Of a DNA stretch of 64,000 nucleotides, positions 1 to 9,600 are shown piece by piece. Position numbers and translations under genes: made by a program. Every line of letters starts with the position of its first letter. The stretch's first letter is position 1. The DNA is from a virus (lineage: Duplodnaviria; Heunggongvirae; Uroviricota; Caudoviricetes). Location of the stretch: IMG/VR virus record IMGVR_UViG_3300029571_000007, positions 19,007 through 83,006 of that record; one strand, written 5' to 3'. The notes below the pieces were generated by a model that was not told the origin of the DNA, made no database searches, and saw only the letters and a list, made by a program, of their open reading frames with translations.

Positions 1-351
1 TTCATATTCTTTTACGGTTTCAAAGTCAAATGAATCTGCTTTTACAACACCATAAGGAACACAAGCACTTTTTAAATTCCAGTCATCATCAATATAGTAA
101 TCATGACCACCCATGTACTTTTCACCAGTTGGATTTCCATCTTCATCTAATTTGTCAATTAAATGACCAACAACAGGTGCGTATGATAGAGTTGGTAAAC
201 ATCTCTGAATATTTTCTTTGCTCATATAAGAAAAATTTCTATTCTTTCCAACACCCTGTACATAACACTTGCATAATGTGAATTCATCATTTATTTTTTC
301 AATAGGCGTGACTTTTGCCTTAAATTTTAGCGAAGTATGCTTTTTATCCAT
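1..351 (-). CDS. Phage head-module protein immediately downstream of portal (5'-complete, 3' end off-window); possibly head morphogenesis/minor capsid protein
   Basis: ATG at 351-349 preceded by GGAGGAG SD on minus strand; open frame to window edge (MDKKHTSLKFKAKV...); position after terminase-portal. Confidence 0.4.
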   Translation of the reverse strand, partial: MDKKHTSLKFKAKVTPIEKINDEFTLCKCYVQGVGKNRNFSYMSKENIQRCLPTLSYAPVVGHLIDKLDEDGNPTGEKYMGGHDYYIDDDWNLKSACVPYGVVKADSFDFETVKEYE

Positions 352-599
352 GTCTCCTCCTTTTCTAAATTTTTACAAAATAAAAGTTGCCCAAAGAGGA
401 CAACTAGAATGTAAGCATATTGCTATACTTGATTTTGTTTATATCAACACCTTCTGAAAATTTTAATGTTGTATTATTCAGAAACGTGTAGATGTTTTTA
501 TTACCTGTTTTCATTTCTCTGAAACCAGATTTGCGTAAAGCAGAAGCAGTATCTTCATCTGCCGTACAAATTAGTTTTTTGTCATTCATCCTTTTCTCC

Positions 600-2153
600 T
601 TATCCATTACTCTGATCTCTCTTATCCTGCGAAGCTTCCCCATCGTCTGTAATAGAATCAGCTCCACCAATATCCTTGGTTTGACCGCCACCTTGATTAT
701 CCGAAGAAGATTGGGTGTGGCTCGACTGAAGTGGAACAAAAGAAGATGTGATGTCCAATGTATCATGCAATAAGAAATTCATACTTAGTGTCTCCAATTC
801 ATTAAATCCATTTAAATTATTTACAACTAATGCAGTAGGAAGACCATAAGTAGCATCCTCAAGCATTTCTTTTTTTAATGTACTTTTTGTATATGGGGAC
901 GTTTCTAGCATTTTAACTTTTGCTGGATTAGAAACTTGATAAGATAAAAATCTATTTAGATATGCCTGTGTTTGAGGTAGAAGAGAAGATGTTGCATATT
1001 TCTCATCGAATTTAATTGCTCCCTGCCAGGCAGTAGTTCCTGAGATAGAGCTTGAATTTAGTAACTGTGCACCACCAGAAGTATTGAATACTGTTTTTGT
1101 GGCGTTTTCAATTTTATTAACATCTGTTGCTTGATCATCACCAAATGTAAGTACATCTAATGGAATAGGCGTAATAGCAGCAGCTATATAATCAGGCAAT
1201 GAATCAACAAATTTATTATAATATTCTATAGCAGTATCTGGATCTACTAAAAATTGGTCTACACCATCTTGGTCATTTGATAATGGAATAGTAGCAGTAA
1301 CCAATTTATAAATATTAGCTTCGTCAGCTACAGCTTGAATATCTTCGAGGTCAGCAAGATTTATAAGAGAATTGAATAGATTCATATAAGGTGGAAGTGG
1401 AATTTCATAATCATCTATATTCACTTTGAAACATACACAGTATTCATCTGGCATTTGTTGCCAACGATTTTCCGTTGAATTGTTCTGATACTGACGATAC
1501 ATAGAAGTGAGTGGTTCTCCAATCCATTCAACCATATCCTCATGTCTTGAATAATACGACATATCCATTACATAAGATAAATCACCTGTCATATAAGCAC
1601 CATTTACTTTTGCATAATCTGGATCAACAGGAAGAATAAAATATCCTGTATCATCATAAAAAGCCATTCCGAAAAATACATCTTCTCGCCAAGCAATTAT
1701 ATATGCTTTGAGAAATTCAAGTGCTAAATTCATATTATTTAATACAGACAGTGTATCATAATAACTTTTTAGTACCTTTGCTTTATCTCCACCCTTATTA
1801 ATATCAATGATTGGAATTACTGCACGAGCATTTGTATCAATCATTGTTGCGTTAAACCAAACCAACCTCCTATAAACACTACTTCGATAATAAAGATATC
1901 TACTCAGATTTCGTAAGTTTTTATACTGAGCTGGTGGATTCTTCATATATGTACGAAGTTTTGTTTTATCAAAGGTTGAATAAGTTCTTGTTGTAGATTT
2001 TGTTGGATCTACCAACTGCTTCAAGGCATTTTGTGCCTTTGCAAAATTTGATATATTTTTTTCATTTTTCTCATACCACTCTTTAATTTCTGCGGCAGTA
2101 CGAGTAGGTGTGCTTGACACCTTACTTTTTGTTTGCGCCATATTTGATAGCAC
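600..2153 (-). CDS. Portal protein (putative)
   Basis: 517-aa ORF directly downstream of terminase large subunit with 10-nt gap; size and acidic C-terminus typical of portal proteins; call by synteny. Confidence 0.55.
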   Translation of the reverse strand: MLSNMAQTKSKVSSTPTRTAAEIKEWYEKNEKNISNFAKAQNALKQLVDPTKSTTRTYSTFDKTKLRTYMKNPPAQYKNLRNLSRYLYYRSSVYRRLVWFNATMIDTNARAVIPIIDINKGGDKAKVLKSYYDTLSVLNNMNLALEFLKAYIIAWREDVFFGMAFYDDTGYFILPVDPDYAKVNGAYMTGDLSYVMDMSYYSRHEDMVEWIGEPLTSMYRQYQNNSTENRWQQMPDEYCVCFKVNIDDYEIPLPPYMNLFNSLINLADLEDIQAVADEANIYKLVTATIPLSNDQDGVDQFLVDPDTAIEYYNKFVDSLPDYIAAAITPIPLDVLTFGDDQATDVNKIENATKTVFNTSGGAQLLNSSSISGTTAWQGAIKFDEKYATSSLLPQTQAYLNRFLSYQVSNPAKVKMLETSPYTKSTLKKEMLEDATYGLPTALVVNNLNGFNELETLSMNFLLHDTLDITSSFVPLQSSHTQSSSDNQGGGQTKDIGGADSITDDGEASQDKRDQSNG

Positions 2154-2162
2154 ACCTCCTTT

Positions 2163-3917
2163 TTAATTGTATAGGCTAAATCGTTTTGATTGACGGATTG
2201 GAAGCTTGTTGACTAATGATTGTGTATCTTGTGTCTTAGGTTTTAATTTTAATTCCAATTGACAAGCACACCAATAAGAATAGGCAATAGAAGAATACCT
2301 ATCTTTCCTCATACCTTCAACTTCTTTAACCTTGATATTTCCGTTTTTAACTTCATGATCCAATTTAATCAATTCGTAAACGGCAAACGTTGTTTGTATA
2401 TAAGACATTTTCAATTTTGCTTGCTCTGTTGGAGACATTTTGAAATATCCCTTATATGTTTCTTTTAATGAACTATCTGCATCCTGTTCAGGAATAAGAA
2501 AATTAATTTTTCCATTCTGTATACCATTTCTAAGTAATACGCATATCTCATTATTAAAATTAGCATTAGCTTTTACAGACCAAACAACCTTATTAGCATC
2601 ACGAACTTTGCATCGTTCAGCCATATCTTTATCATTTATACAAGTCATTGCTTGGTATCTTTTACCGTTTTCTTGGCAAATTTGTTCCTTGGTGATAAAA
2701 TCATATACTCCCAAGCCGATTCCGTTTGTATCTAAAACTAAATCTGTACATTGATACTCATAAAAATATTTCATAACAATCATTCCTAATTCATCTGTTT
2801 TCAAACCTTCAAAAGTTTCACCATATACGAAATTTGATTGATATGCAGTATCATTTACTTGAATTAAGTCGTTGATAAAAATAGCAGAGGCATCATTCTT
2901 TTTCTTTTTCGTAGATTGCATAAGAGCAACGTCAATAGATAGTATTCTTTTACCAGTAGCTGTTAATTTCGGAATTGATATTTTGTCATTGCAGAAACTC
3001 AATGGTGGAAATGCTTTGCGTAATCTTCTACGAGCGGTTAATTCATCAAATTTAAACAAACTACCATCTGTATCACCAAACCACAAACATTCCATTTCCA
3101 TCTGCTGAACAAGTTCATTGTAATCAGCTTCACTCATTTCATCTTCAAGCTGAGAACGAGAGAGTAGCCCTTCACGCACTGATACCTGATAAGGTAATCC
3201 ACATATAAAATATTTTTTTGTGTCATCAAAGAAATTAAGAGTGTAACTTTGTGCTTTTCTATAAGCCCATGAGCTTTTAAAATATGCACTGGACATATAT
3301 ATTTCTTTGTTTCTTTCCTGCATATGAGCATATTCAGGTTTTTGTAAATATTTTGGCTGTCTTGGACTTGTTAAGAATTTACGCAATACAGTATTGATAA
3401 CTGTTTCATCGACCATACGAAATTCATCCACGACTATGCAATTTGCCCTGGCTGATCTTGAATTTTCTGAACTGGTTCTTGTTTTTATCCATGAACCATT
3501 TTTGAAATAAATAGAAGCATCATTTTGACCTATATTACATTTCTCAATTTCAGAACGTAATATAGAAGATTGTTTCATAAAATCATCTTGTATTTTTAGT
3601 AAGACTTCGTTTGCCTGTTTTAAAGTTCCAGAACTTACAACGATTTTTGTTCCAGGAAATAAGATACATCTTACACAACAGAAGAGGGCAGTTAGGTATG
3701 TCTTACCTTGTCCCCTCGCTGCCAAATACATAACGAAATTATAGTGCATCATGCACCATAACAAAATTTGTTGAAACCATTTTAAAGATAGTCCCAACAC
3801 GTCAATAACATATCTATGTGGATTGCTGCGATAATATCCTGCTCTCCAAGCAACAGTTTCCATTATCTTTTGTTGTTTATCTTTTTCTATCTCAGTCTGA
3901 GTTTTTAATTGAGGCAT
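2163..3917 (-). CDS. terL: Terminase large subunit
   Basis: 584 aa; Walker A LAARGQGKTYL, Walker B CIVVDEF; C-terminal nuclease-like region; followed by portal. Confidence 0.85.
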   Translation of the reverse strand: MPQLKTQTEIEKDKQQKIMETVAWRAGYYRSNPHRYVIDVLGLSLKWFQQILLWCMMHYNFVMYLAARGQGKTYLTALFCCVRCILFPGTKIVVSSGTLKQANEVLLKIQDDFMKQSSILRSEIEKCNIGQNDASIYFKNGSWIKTRTSSENSRSARANCIVVDEFRMVDETVINTVLRKFLTSPRQPKYLQKPEYAHMQERNKEIYMSSAYFKSSWAYRKAQSYTLNFFDDTKKYFICGLPYQVSVREGLLSRSQLEDEMSEADYNELVQQMEMECLWFGDTDGSLFKFDELTARRRLRKAFPPLSFCNDKISIPKLTATGKRILSIDVALMQSTKKKKNDASAIFINDLIQVNDTAYQSNFVYGETFEGLKTDELGMIVMKYFYEYQCTDLVLDTNGIGLGVYDFITKEQICQENGKRYQAMTCINDKDMAERCKVRDANKVVWSVKANANFNNEICVLLRNGIQNGKINFLIPEQDADSSLKETYKGYFKMSPTEQAKLKMSYIQTTFAVYELIKLDHEVKNGNIKVKEVEGMRKDRYSSIAYSYWCACQLELKLKPKTQDTQSLVNKLPIRQSKRFSLYN

Positions 3918-3920
3918 AAA

Positions 3921-4997
3921 TTATACCTCCTCTTCAGCTTTCTGACCAAAGATTTTATCAAATAATGCTTCTGAATCAGTATCTTCATCATACTCAGGCT
4001 TTTTGACAGTATATTTAGAAATGAACTTCTCATAAGTAGAAGAAAATGCATTTTTCAATCCCATCATTTTAGAGAGATGCCCCTTAAAGAATACATCAAT
4101 TAAGAGTCCAATTTTATCAGGATCTTTAAATTCACCTTCTGGTTCTGGAATTGGTTTTTCTTGTTCCCATTTATCAATAAGCTGCCCAAATGTAAGATTA
4201 TCAGTTAATTCAGATGCAGTTTTCTGATTAGGTTTGATATTTAAACTTCCTAGCAGATTCTGTAAAGTAGCATCTAAATCTTTTGTATCCTTGCCATTTT
4301 TCTGAGCATTATCTATTTCAAGTTCTTTACAACATACTCGTTTAAATAAAAGTTCCTGAGATTTATTTTCACAAGGATAACGTGTCGTCCAGTCTTGGTA
4401 TTCCGTCTCAAGATACATAAGTTCTTCATTATTATAGTTATTTCCAAAACGTTTCTTAGCAGACTTGAGAGTTTTTTGAACAATTTTCGTATTTGTTTCT
4501 GGATTATTATCTATATCATCAATAGAAAATTCAGAATCTTTATAAGAAGTGTTATTGTACTGTGGAAGAGAAGCTACCATTACAATAAGATTTTGAACAG
4601 CCGTTCCACGAACTTTTTCACCAACACCTTCATTAATAGCTTGTAACTGTGCGTTATAATCACTTTCGCTAAATTTCCAATCAAGCTGTCTAAAAGTGTT
4701 AATTGTTTTTTCTCTATTGTCTGTTCTAATGCCAGTTTTAGGATCTACGTCAGTACACAAATCTAAAATACAAGCCTTACATGCAAAATGCTCAAATCCG
4801 CTTTTACTTTTGTTAGATTTATAAAAGTTTCCATTACCTTTAGTTGATTTCCATTTTCCACAATGAGGACAATAGATATAATCCAAATCTAGTAAATGGT
4901 TGTAGTCAATGGCTAAATCATGATACGCACCTTTTACATTATTTACTGTTAACTTTTTGACCTCATCATCAGTTTTGGCTTGTCTTAAATTAGCCAT
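3921..4997 (-). CDS. Zinc-ribbon protein upstream of terL (possible terminase small subunit / DNA-binding protein)
   Basis: ORF track 3921..5060; likely start MANLRQ at 4997 with AAGGTGA SD; CPHCGK..CKAC zinc ribbon; synteny with terL. Confidence 0.35.
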   Translation of the reverse strand: MANLRQAKTDDEVKKLTVNNVKGAYHDLAIDYNHLLDLDYIYCPHCGKWKSTKGNGNFYKSNKSKSGFEHFACKACILDLCTDVDPKTGIRTDNREKTINTFRQLDWKFSESDYNAQLQAINEGVGEKVRGTAVQNLIVMVASLPQYNNTSYKDSEFSIDDIDNNPETNTKIVQKTLKSAKKRFGNNYNNEELMYLETEYQDWTTRYPCENKSQELLFKRVCCKELEIDNAQKNGKDTKDLDATLQNLLGSLNIKPNQKTASELTDNLTFGQLIDKWEQEKPIPEPEGEFKDPDKIGLLIDVFFKGHLSKMMGLKNAFSSTYEKFISKYTVKKPEYDEDTDSEALFDKIFGQKAEEEV

Positions 4998-5180
4998 TGT
5001 TTCACCTTCTTTCTTTTTATTCCAATAAAAAAGAGAAGCAGTAGCAATACCACTTCTCATAAAAATTCAACTTATAAAACACTATGAAAGTGCAATTCAC
5101 TTCACTTAGCACACCCACTGCGCATCGAACACAGGTTAGAAGTTTTGGAGACTTCATTCTTGCCAAAAGATAGGTGCATA

Positions 5181-5264
5181 CGCCGTGTTAGGGATTCGAA
5201 CCCCAAAGACTTTTACATCCAGACTGTTTTCAAGACAGCACCCTCGACCAATCGGACACACGGC
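5181..5264 (-). tRNA. tRNA-Ser (anticodon TGA), type II with long variable arm
   Basis: Manual cloverleaf: acceptor GCCGTGT/ACACGGC, anticodon loop CTTGAAA, T-loop TTCGAAT, long variable arm. Confidence 0.75.
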
Positions 5265-5269
5265 ATGAG

Positions 5270-5357
5270 CGTAGTATATAGGACTTGAACCTATGCACCG
5301 AATAAACGATGACCTCTGATTAGCAATCAGGTGTAATACCAACTCTGCCAATACTAC
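5270..5357 (-). tRNA. tRNA-Ser (anticodon GCT), type II
   Basis: Acceptor GTAGTAT/ATACTAC, anticodon loop TTGCTAA, T-arm ATAGG-TTCAAGT-CCTAT, long variable arm; 5 nt from previous tRNA. Confidence 0.65.
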
Positions 5358-5446
5358 ATAATAAAAGAGTCACCTCATGAAGCGACTCTCTGTTACTATA
5401 CAAAAAATGTATAGCCTCGATGTCCATTTAAGTATCAGCTATTTAA

Positions 5447-5519
5447 TGATCTGTAGGAGATTCGGACTCCTGTTGCCGCCGTGAAAGGGCGATGTCCTAG
5501 ACCGCTAGACGAACAGACC
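5447..5519 (-). tRNA. tRNA-Glu (anticodon TTC)
   Basis: Closely resembles canonical bacterial tRNA-Glu (GTCTAGCGGTCTAGGAC..CCCTTTCACGGCGG..AGGAGTCCGAATCTCCT); acceptor GGTCTGT/ACAGATC. Confidence 0.85.
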
Positions 5520-5526
5520 TTGTAGG

Positions 5527-5554
5527 GTGGAAGAGTACCACCCATTATTTTTAC
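5527..5554 (+). terminator. Hairpin GGGTGG-AAGAGTA-CCACCC followed by ATTATTTTT (terminator-like on plus strand only)
   Basis: Seen in sequence; T-run is on plus-strand side, so it would stop antisense/rightward transcription, not the leftward genes. Confidence 0.3.
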
Positions 5555-6027
5555 AGAATAACTTCTGTTTCACCTTCAAACTTAGTATTTAAAGCACGAA
5601 TCTCAGCAAGTTTTTTACCAATTTCTTCCTGAATCTTAGTAGCGAAAAGTTCAACCTTTGCCTTACCAATCTTTTCGACACTATCAAAAGGCGCTTTAAC
5701 TTCTGATTCTGGAATCTTTGTAACATCTACAGAGAATGTAATATGAAGATTTTCATCTACAACAAATGACTGGTTAATAATATCTTTTAACTCAACAGAA
5801 ATAATAGTTGAATCATCAACTTCACTATCAGTTGTAACTGGATCTCCATTAGAATCAGCTTTCATATTAGATTTAAAGGATATCTTAGAATATTCGATTG
5901 TTCTAACAAAATTATGCAACATATCTTTTTCAGTAGCAGCATCGGTATCTGATGTACCTAATTCTGCGACAGAAATATCTACACTAATAACGTTTTCATC
6001 AATAGTTTTACTAATATTTAATTTCAT
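5551..6027 (-). CDS. Hypothetical phage protein (158 aa, acidic)
   Basis: ORF track; overlaps upstream gene by 4 nt (ATGA), translational coupling. Confidence 0.6.
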   Translation of the reverse strand: MKLNISKTIDENVISVDISVAELGTSDTDAATEKDMLHNFVRTIEYSKISFKSNMKADSNGDPVTTDSEVDDSTIISVELKDIINQSFVVDENLHITFSVDVTKIPESEVKAPFDSVEKIGKAKVELFATKIQEEIGKKLAEIRALNTKFEGETEVIL

Positions 6028-6320
6028 GAATTTGTACCCTCGCTTTCGTTTGCAATTACTTGTTTATATCCGTCTCTAATAGCCATAAATAAATCACGCA
6101 ATACTTCTTTATCAATAGAGCAATCTAAATTTGACGTATCAAACTGTGGATCACTTACTGAAAAATCTAATGTTCCGTCATTCCGTGGCACGAACAAAAT
6201 TTCCACGTTATTGTTCAAGAGTAAAGTAATAGAATCTATTTTTTCACCATTGTTGGATGTAACTTTACGAACCTGTCCAACTTTTAATGGCTCTTGCTCA
6301 ATAATCAATCTACTTGCCAT
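6024..6320 (-). CDS. Hypothetical phage protein (98 aa)
   Basis: ORF track; SD-like AAGGAG upstream of ATG at 6320. Confidence 0.55.
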   Translation of the reverse strand: MASRLIIEQEPLKVGQVRKVTSNNGEKIDSITLLLNNNVEILFVPRNDGTLDFSVSDPQFDTSNLDCSIDKEVLRDLFMAIRDGYKQVIANESEGTNS

Positions 6321-6369
6321 AATACATACTCCTTTCTTTTATTTTTCGTTTTCCTTTTAATCATTGAAT

Positions 6370-6441
6370 TGCGGAAGCAGGACTCGAACCTGCATACTCT
6401 TGGTTATGAGCCAAGTGAGCTTCCATTGCTCGTCATTCCGC
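6370..6441 (-). tRNA. tRNA with anticodon CAT (Met or lysidine-Ile), atypical
   Basis: Perfect anticodon arm CTTGG-CTCATAA-CCAAG; T-arm GCAGG-TTCGAGT-CCTGC; D-stem GAGC/GCTC; but only 6 clean acceptor bp and a 3-nt linker before the D-stem, so possibly unusual or a pseudogene. Confidence 0.55.
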
Positions 6442-7277
6442 TATGATAATCAGCATAAAGCACTAACTAGCTGATATTGGACTGTACACATCCAGTTTAT
6501 AAATTAGACACACTAGGTATCCATGCTTTTCAAAATCACTTTAATCAGATTTACTCGCTAACTAACGCACGAGAAGGAGATTACTACCTGTGTCACCCAA
6601 AATATATTGCACTTATATAGTGACACTCCATATTTATCTGTCTTTCCAGATGTCAGACCGCCCAGTAGTCATTCGCTATTGTCTATCTCAAAAATTCAGA
6701 AAAGAAACTAGCGATAATTTCATTTCATATAAAAGCCTAATAGACATTGGTTTTTAATATTTAGACCACAAGCTCGAAAGACACTGTAGTACAAACTTGA
6801 ATTTAATGGTTCTCATTAACGCAGAGAAGCACGATCACTTCTATGGTTGATATTGACCGTTTTAGGACTTACAATGCTATATGAATAGTAAATGCCAAAA
6901 TATGTTAATCGTCTACTAAGGCAAGACCTCTCCATAACACCGCCAATAAGCAGTAGCAGTGGGAAGTTTTAGACCATTCCAAAGGTCAATAATTTCGCAA
7001 ACCGACCTTTATATTTATGTCACATATCGGTCAGTGACAGCTCACTTGTAAAAATCTATCAACGGATTGATAGACCGCCCTCACTTCTTTTGGATGTGAG
7101 CAGCTTATTTAACTTATCTATGATGGGCGGTGTATCCATCATCTCAGATACTCCGAAGAGTGTGTAGAGAACCATTTTCTACCTATAGATAAGTTGTTGT
7201 ATTTATTTATTCTTTTGTTTTAAGAATGCATATTTTTGAATTTGTCAAGGGTTAGATGAAAGCTTCATCGGGATTGT

Positions 7278-8312
7278 CTACAAATCAGAGAGTGATTTTT
7301 GTTCTACTTGTTTAATTTCTCCATCTGCAAAATATTTTGCGAATTGCTCATCTGCATCAATGTCCTTGTACACTGAAACCATATCAAGGGAACTCCAACC
7401 TACTAGCATTTGAATTACATCATCAGGAAGACCACTTCGAGAACAAGAAGTTGTAAAGAAGTGACGAAGACTGTGGAAATAAAAGTCTTCTCCTAAATGT
7501 TTGGTGAATGTATCAGCCCAACTGTCAAGAGTGCTTGAATCCATAGGTTCATCTATATATTCTCCATTTACTTTCTTTGGAAATAACCATTCTGATTCAA
7601 TTCCGTGTTCTTTTCTATAATTCATCCACAAATCAAAATATGGCTTAAACGGTTTTGCAAGTGTATACACCACTAACATTTTTCCACGAGATCCTCTTCC
7701 TTTTGTTTGGATTTTTTCAGGTGTCTTATATAAAGAACCATATATAATATTTTCGTCATCAAAATAAGACACTTTGAATCGTGGTAATTCACTCTTACGT
7801 CTACCGCTAAATGCAGCTAATGCTAAAATACAAGCCTTGTCATACTTGCCTTTTTCAACCCAATAATCAAGCATTCCCTGTACTTGCTCATCAGATAATA
7901 CAGTTTTAGTAAATACTTTCTCATTTGCAGGATTTTCAATTTTGCGTATAATTGGTTTAAAATTTTCATACTCATCATCCAATATAGCTTCTACATAATT
8001 TGAAAGCGATGAGAGAGTAGATTTTACTCTACGCATTCTAGCTGGCGACCATTTATATTCAGTAAGGCAAAAACTCTGATAACGAGCAATATCCCTCTTA
8101 GATAAATCAATAAAGAATTTGTTGTCACAATGCTTAAGTAGATAAACCCAAAAAATAAAAAGGTCACGCCTATACGCATTAATTGTATTCGGAGATCTAT
8201 CCACTGAACGAAGATAATCCAAAAAGTCATTTCCTAATTCTATATTTTCTTTATTACACTGAGTCAATAACTCATCGGTAACAATATTATTGTGTTGTAT
8301 TTTTCTACCCAT
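7278..8312 (-). CDS. int: Tyrosine-type site-specific recombinase / integrase
   Basis: 344 aa; C-terminal catalytic signature HSLRHFFTT...VGWSSLDMVSVYKD (R..HxxR..Y); N-terminal SAM-like domain. Confidence 0.8.
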   Translation of the reverse strand: MGRKIQHNNIVTDELLTQCNKENIELGNDFLDYLRSVDRSPNTINAYRRDLFIFWVYLLKHCDNKFFIDLSKRDIARYQSFCLTEYKWSPARMRRVKSTLSSLSNYVEAILDDEYENFKPIIRKIENPANEKVFTKTVLSDEQVQGMLDYWVEKGKYDKACILALAAFSGRRKSELPRFKVSYFDDENIIYGSLYKTPEKIQTKGRGSRGKMLVVYTLAKPFKPYFDLWMNYRKEHGIESEWLFPKKVNGEYIDEPMDSSTLDSWADTFTKHLGEDFYFHSLRHFFTTSCSRSGLPDDVIQMLVGWSSLDMVSVYKDIDADEQFAKYFADGEIKQVEQKSLSDL

Positions 8313-8341
8313 AAAATCTCACTTCCTTTCAAACAAAAAGA

Positions 8342-8383
8342 AGCAGTAGTATCATTAACTAACCGCTTCTTGTCGCATTTTTA
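8342..8383 (-). terminator. Rho-independent terminator between tRNA-Tyr and integrase (minus strand)
   Basis: Minus-strand hairpin AAGAAGCGGT..ACTGCTTCTT followed by TTTGTTTG. Confidence 0.4.
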
Positions 8384-8477
8384 TATATTCATCATAAATC
8401 CCATAATCAGCTATGCCACTAATCATGAGAACATATATTTATTCTCTGTTTCCATTCACAGAAAACATTAAATTAGT

Positions 8478-8556
8478 GGGTAGGGTTGGACTCGAACCAA
8501 CGAAGCCGAAGCGCCTGATTTACAGTCAGGTGTAATTGCCGCTATACGACCTACCC
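8478..8556 (-). tRNA. tRNA-Tyr (anticodon GTA), long variable arm
   Basis: Acceptor GGGTAGG/CCTACCC, anticodon arm CCTGA-CTGTAAA-TCAGG, T-arm GTTGG-TTCGAGT-CCAAC; coordinates +/-2. Confidence 0.75.
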
Positions 8557-8599
8557 ATACAAAAAGAGCGTGCAACATACGCCACACACTCCAAATAAT

Positions 8600-9196
8600 C
8601 TAAAATCCAAAAGCCTTTAACATCTTCTGAATATCTTCATGACTTAACTCATTGCTAGAGTAGTAAGAATAACTCATATAAGAGTCGCCATCTGATCTAC
8701 TAGCAGTAAATCCGTGAGTATTTCCATCTTCGTCTTCAGAAGTATGTAAATAAGTTTCATCATGCGCAGGACAGTTTTCACAATCACCATCGCAATCATC
8801 ATATTCATTGCCAATTCCTACTTCATATACCTCATCAGCTTCAATCTTTGGAATAATCTTGGAATTACAATCATCAAAGATGTATACAACATCGGCTTCA
8901 ATAAAGATGTATCCATTATCTCTCTTAACTGGTTCGCACCAGATTTCATCATCTAATAAGCTAATAACGAAAGCATCGTCATACCCATCCCATTCTGGAT
9001 TACCAAACTTATCAATAAATGCAATACCGTATCCAATTCCAATAAGTTCACGAATAATCTCTTTTGCATCTTCATATTTAGCAACAACGTCTATTGAGTT
9101 GTATTTGTCATCAGATTTTATTCTGTCGTATGTATTTGAAACAACACAAGCAAAATCTTCATAGTCTTCAAAATGTAATGTTTTTATAATAATCAC
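8600..9196 (-). CDS. Hypothetical acidic protein (198 aa)
   Basis: ORF track; strand-consistent; opposite-strand ORFs 8762..8956 and 8808..9164 judged spurious. Confidence 0.6.
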   Translation of the reverse strand: MIIIKTLHFEDYEDFACVVSNTYDRIKSDDKYNSIDVVAKYEDAKEIIRELIGIGYGIAFIDKFGNPEWDGYDDAFVISLLDDEIWCEPVKRDNGYIFIEADVVYIFDDCNSKIIPKIEADEVYEVGIGNEYDDCDGDCENCPAHDETYLHTSEDEDGNTHGFTASRSDGDSYMSYSYYSSNELSHEDIQKMLKAFGF

Positions 9197-9207
9197 AACC
9201 TTTCAAA

Positions 9208-9492
9208 TTAAGCGTTCTTTACGGCATCTTTAAGTGCCTTACCTGCTTTAAACTTAGGTGCTTTTGAAGCTTCTATGTGAAGTGACTCACCTGTAAGTGG
9301 GTTTCTACCTTCTCTAGCAGCTCTTTCAACTACTTCAAATGTACCAAAACCAACTAACTGAACCTTGCCACCTGCTATAAGTTCATCAGTTATTGATTTT
9401 ATTACACCATCAACAATAGTAGTTAAATCCTTCTTTGATACATTTATATCAATATTTTCCTGTGTCTTTGCAACTAATTCTGTCTTATTCAT
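9208..9492 (-). CDS. HU/IHF-family histone-like DNA-binding protein
   Basis: 94 aa; GFGTFEVVERAAREGRNPLTGESLHIEASKAPKFKAGKALKDAV matches HU-family signature arm. Confidence 0.85.
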   Translation of the reverse strand: MNKTELVAKTQENIDINVSKKDLTTIVDGVIKSITDELIAGGKVQLVGFGTFEVVERAAREGRNPLTGESLHIEASKAPKFKAGKALKDAVKNA

Positions 9493-9600
9493 AAAAAAAA
9501 TCTCCTTTTAATCTATAATGTTTTTGCACTTTTAATATAATAAATGCTGATTTAATAAAAGAGGGTAGTAGTCAATACGATCTACTCCCTCAAAAAAATC

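Noticed and set aside
404-773. ORFs 404..766(-) and 492..773(+) overlapping the 3' end of the portal gene
   Set aside because: Alternative-frame or antisense ORFs inside or abutting a strongly supported long gene; no RBS support.
5527-5554. Hairpin at the stop of gene 5551..6027 as its transcription terminator
   Set aside because: The U-tract lies on the plus-strand side of the hairpin, so it cannot terminate the leftward transcript; kept only as a low-confidence plus-strand element.
8762-9164. Plus-strand ORFs 8762..8956 and 8808..9164 antisense to the acidic protein gene 8600..9196
   Set aside because: Antisense frames with S/I/Y-rich low-complexity translations; the leftward gene is strand-consistent with its neighbours.
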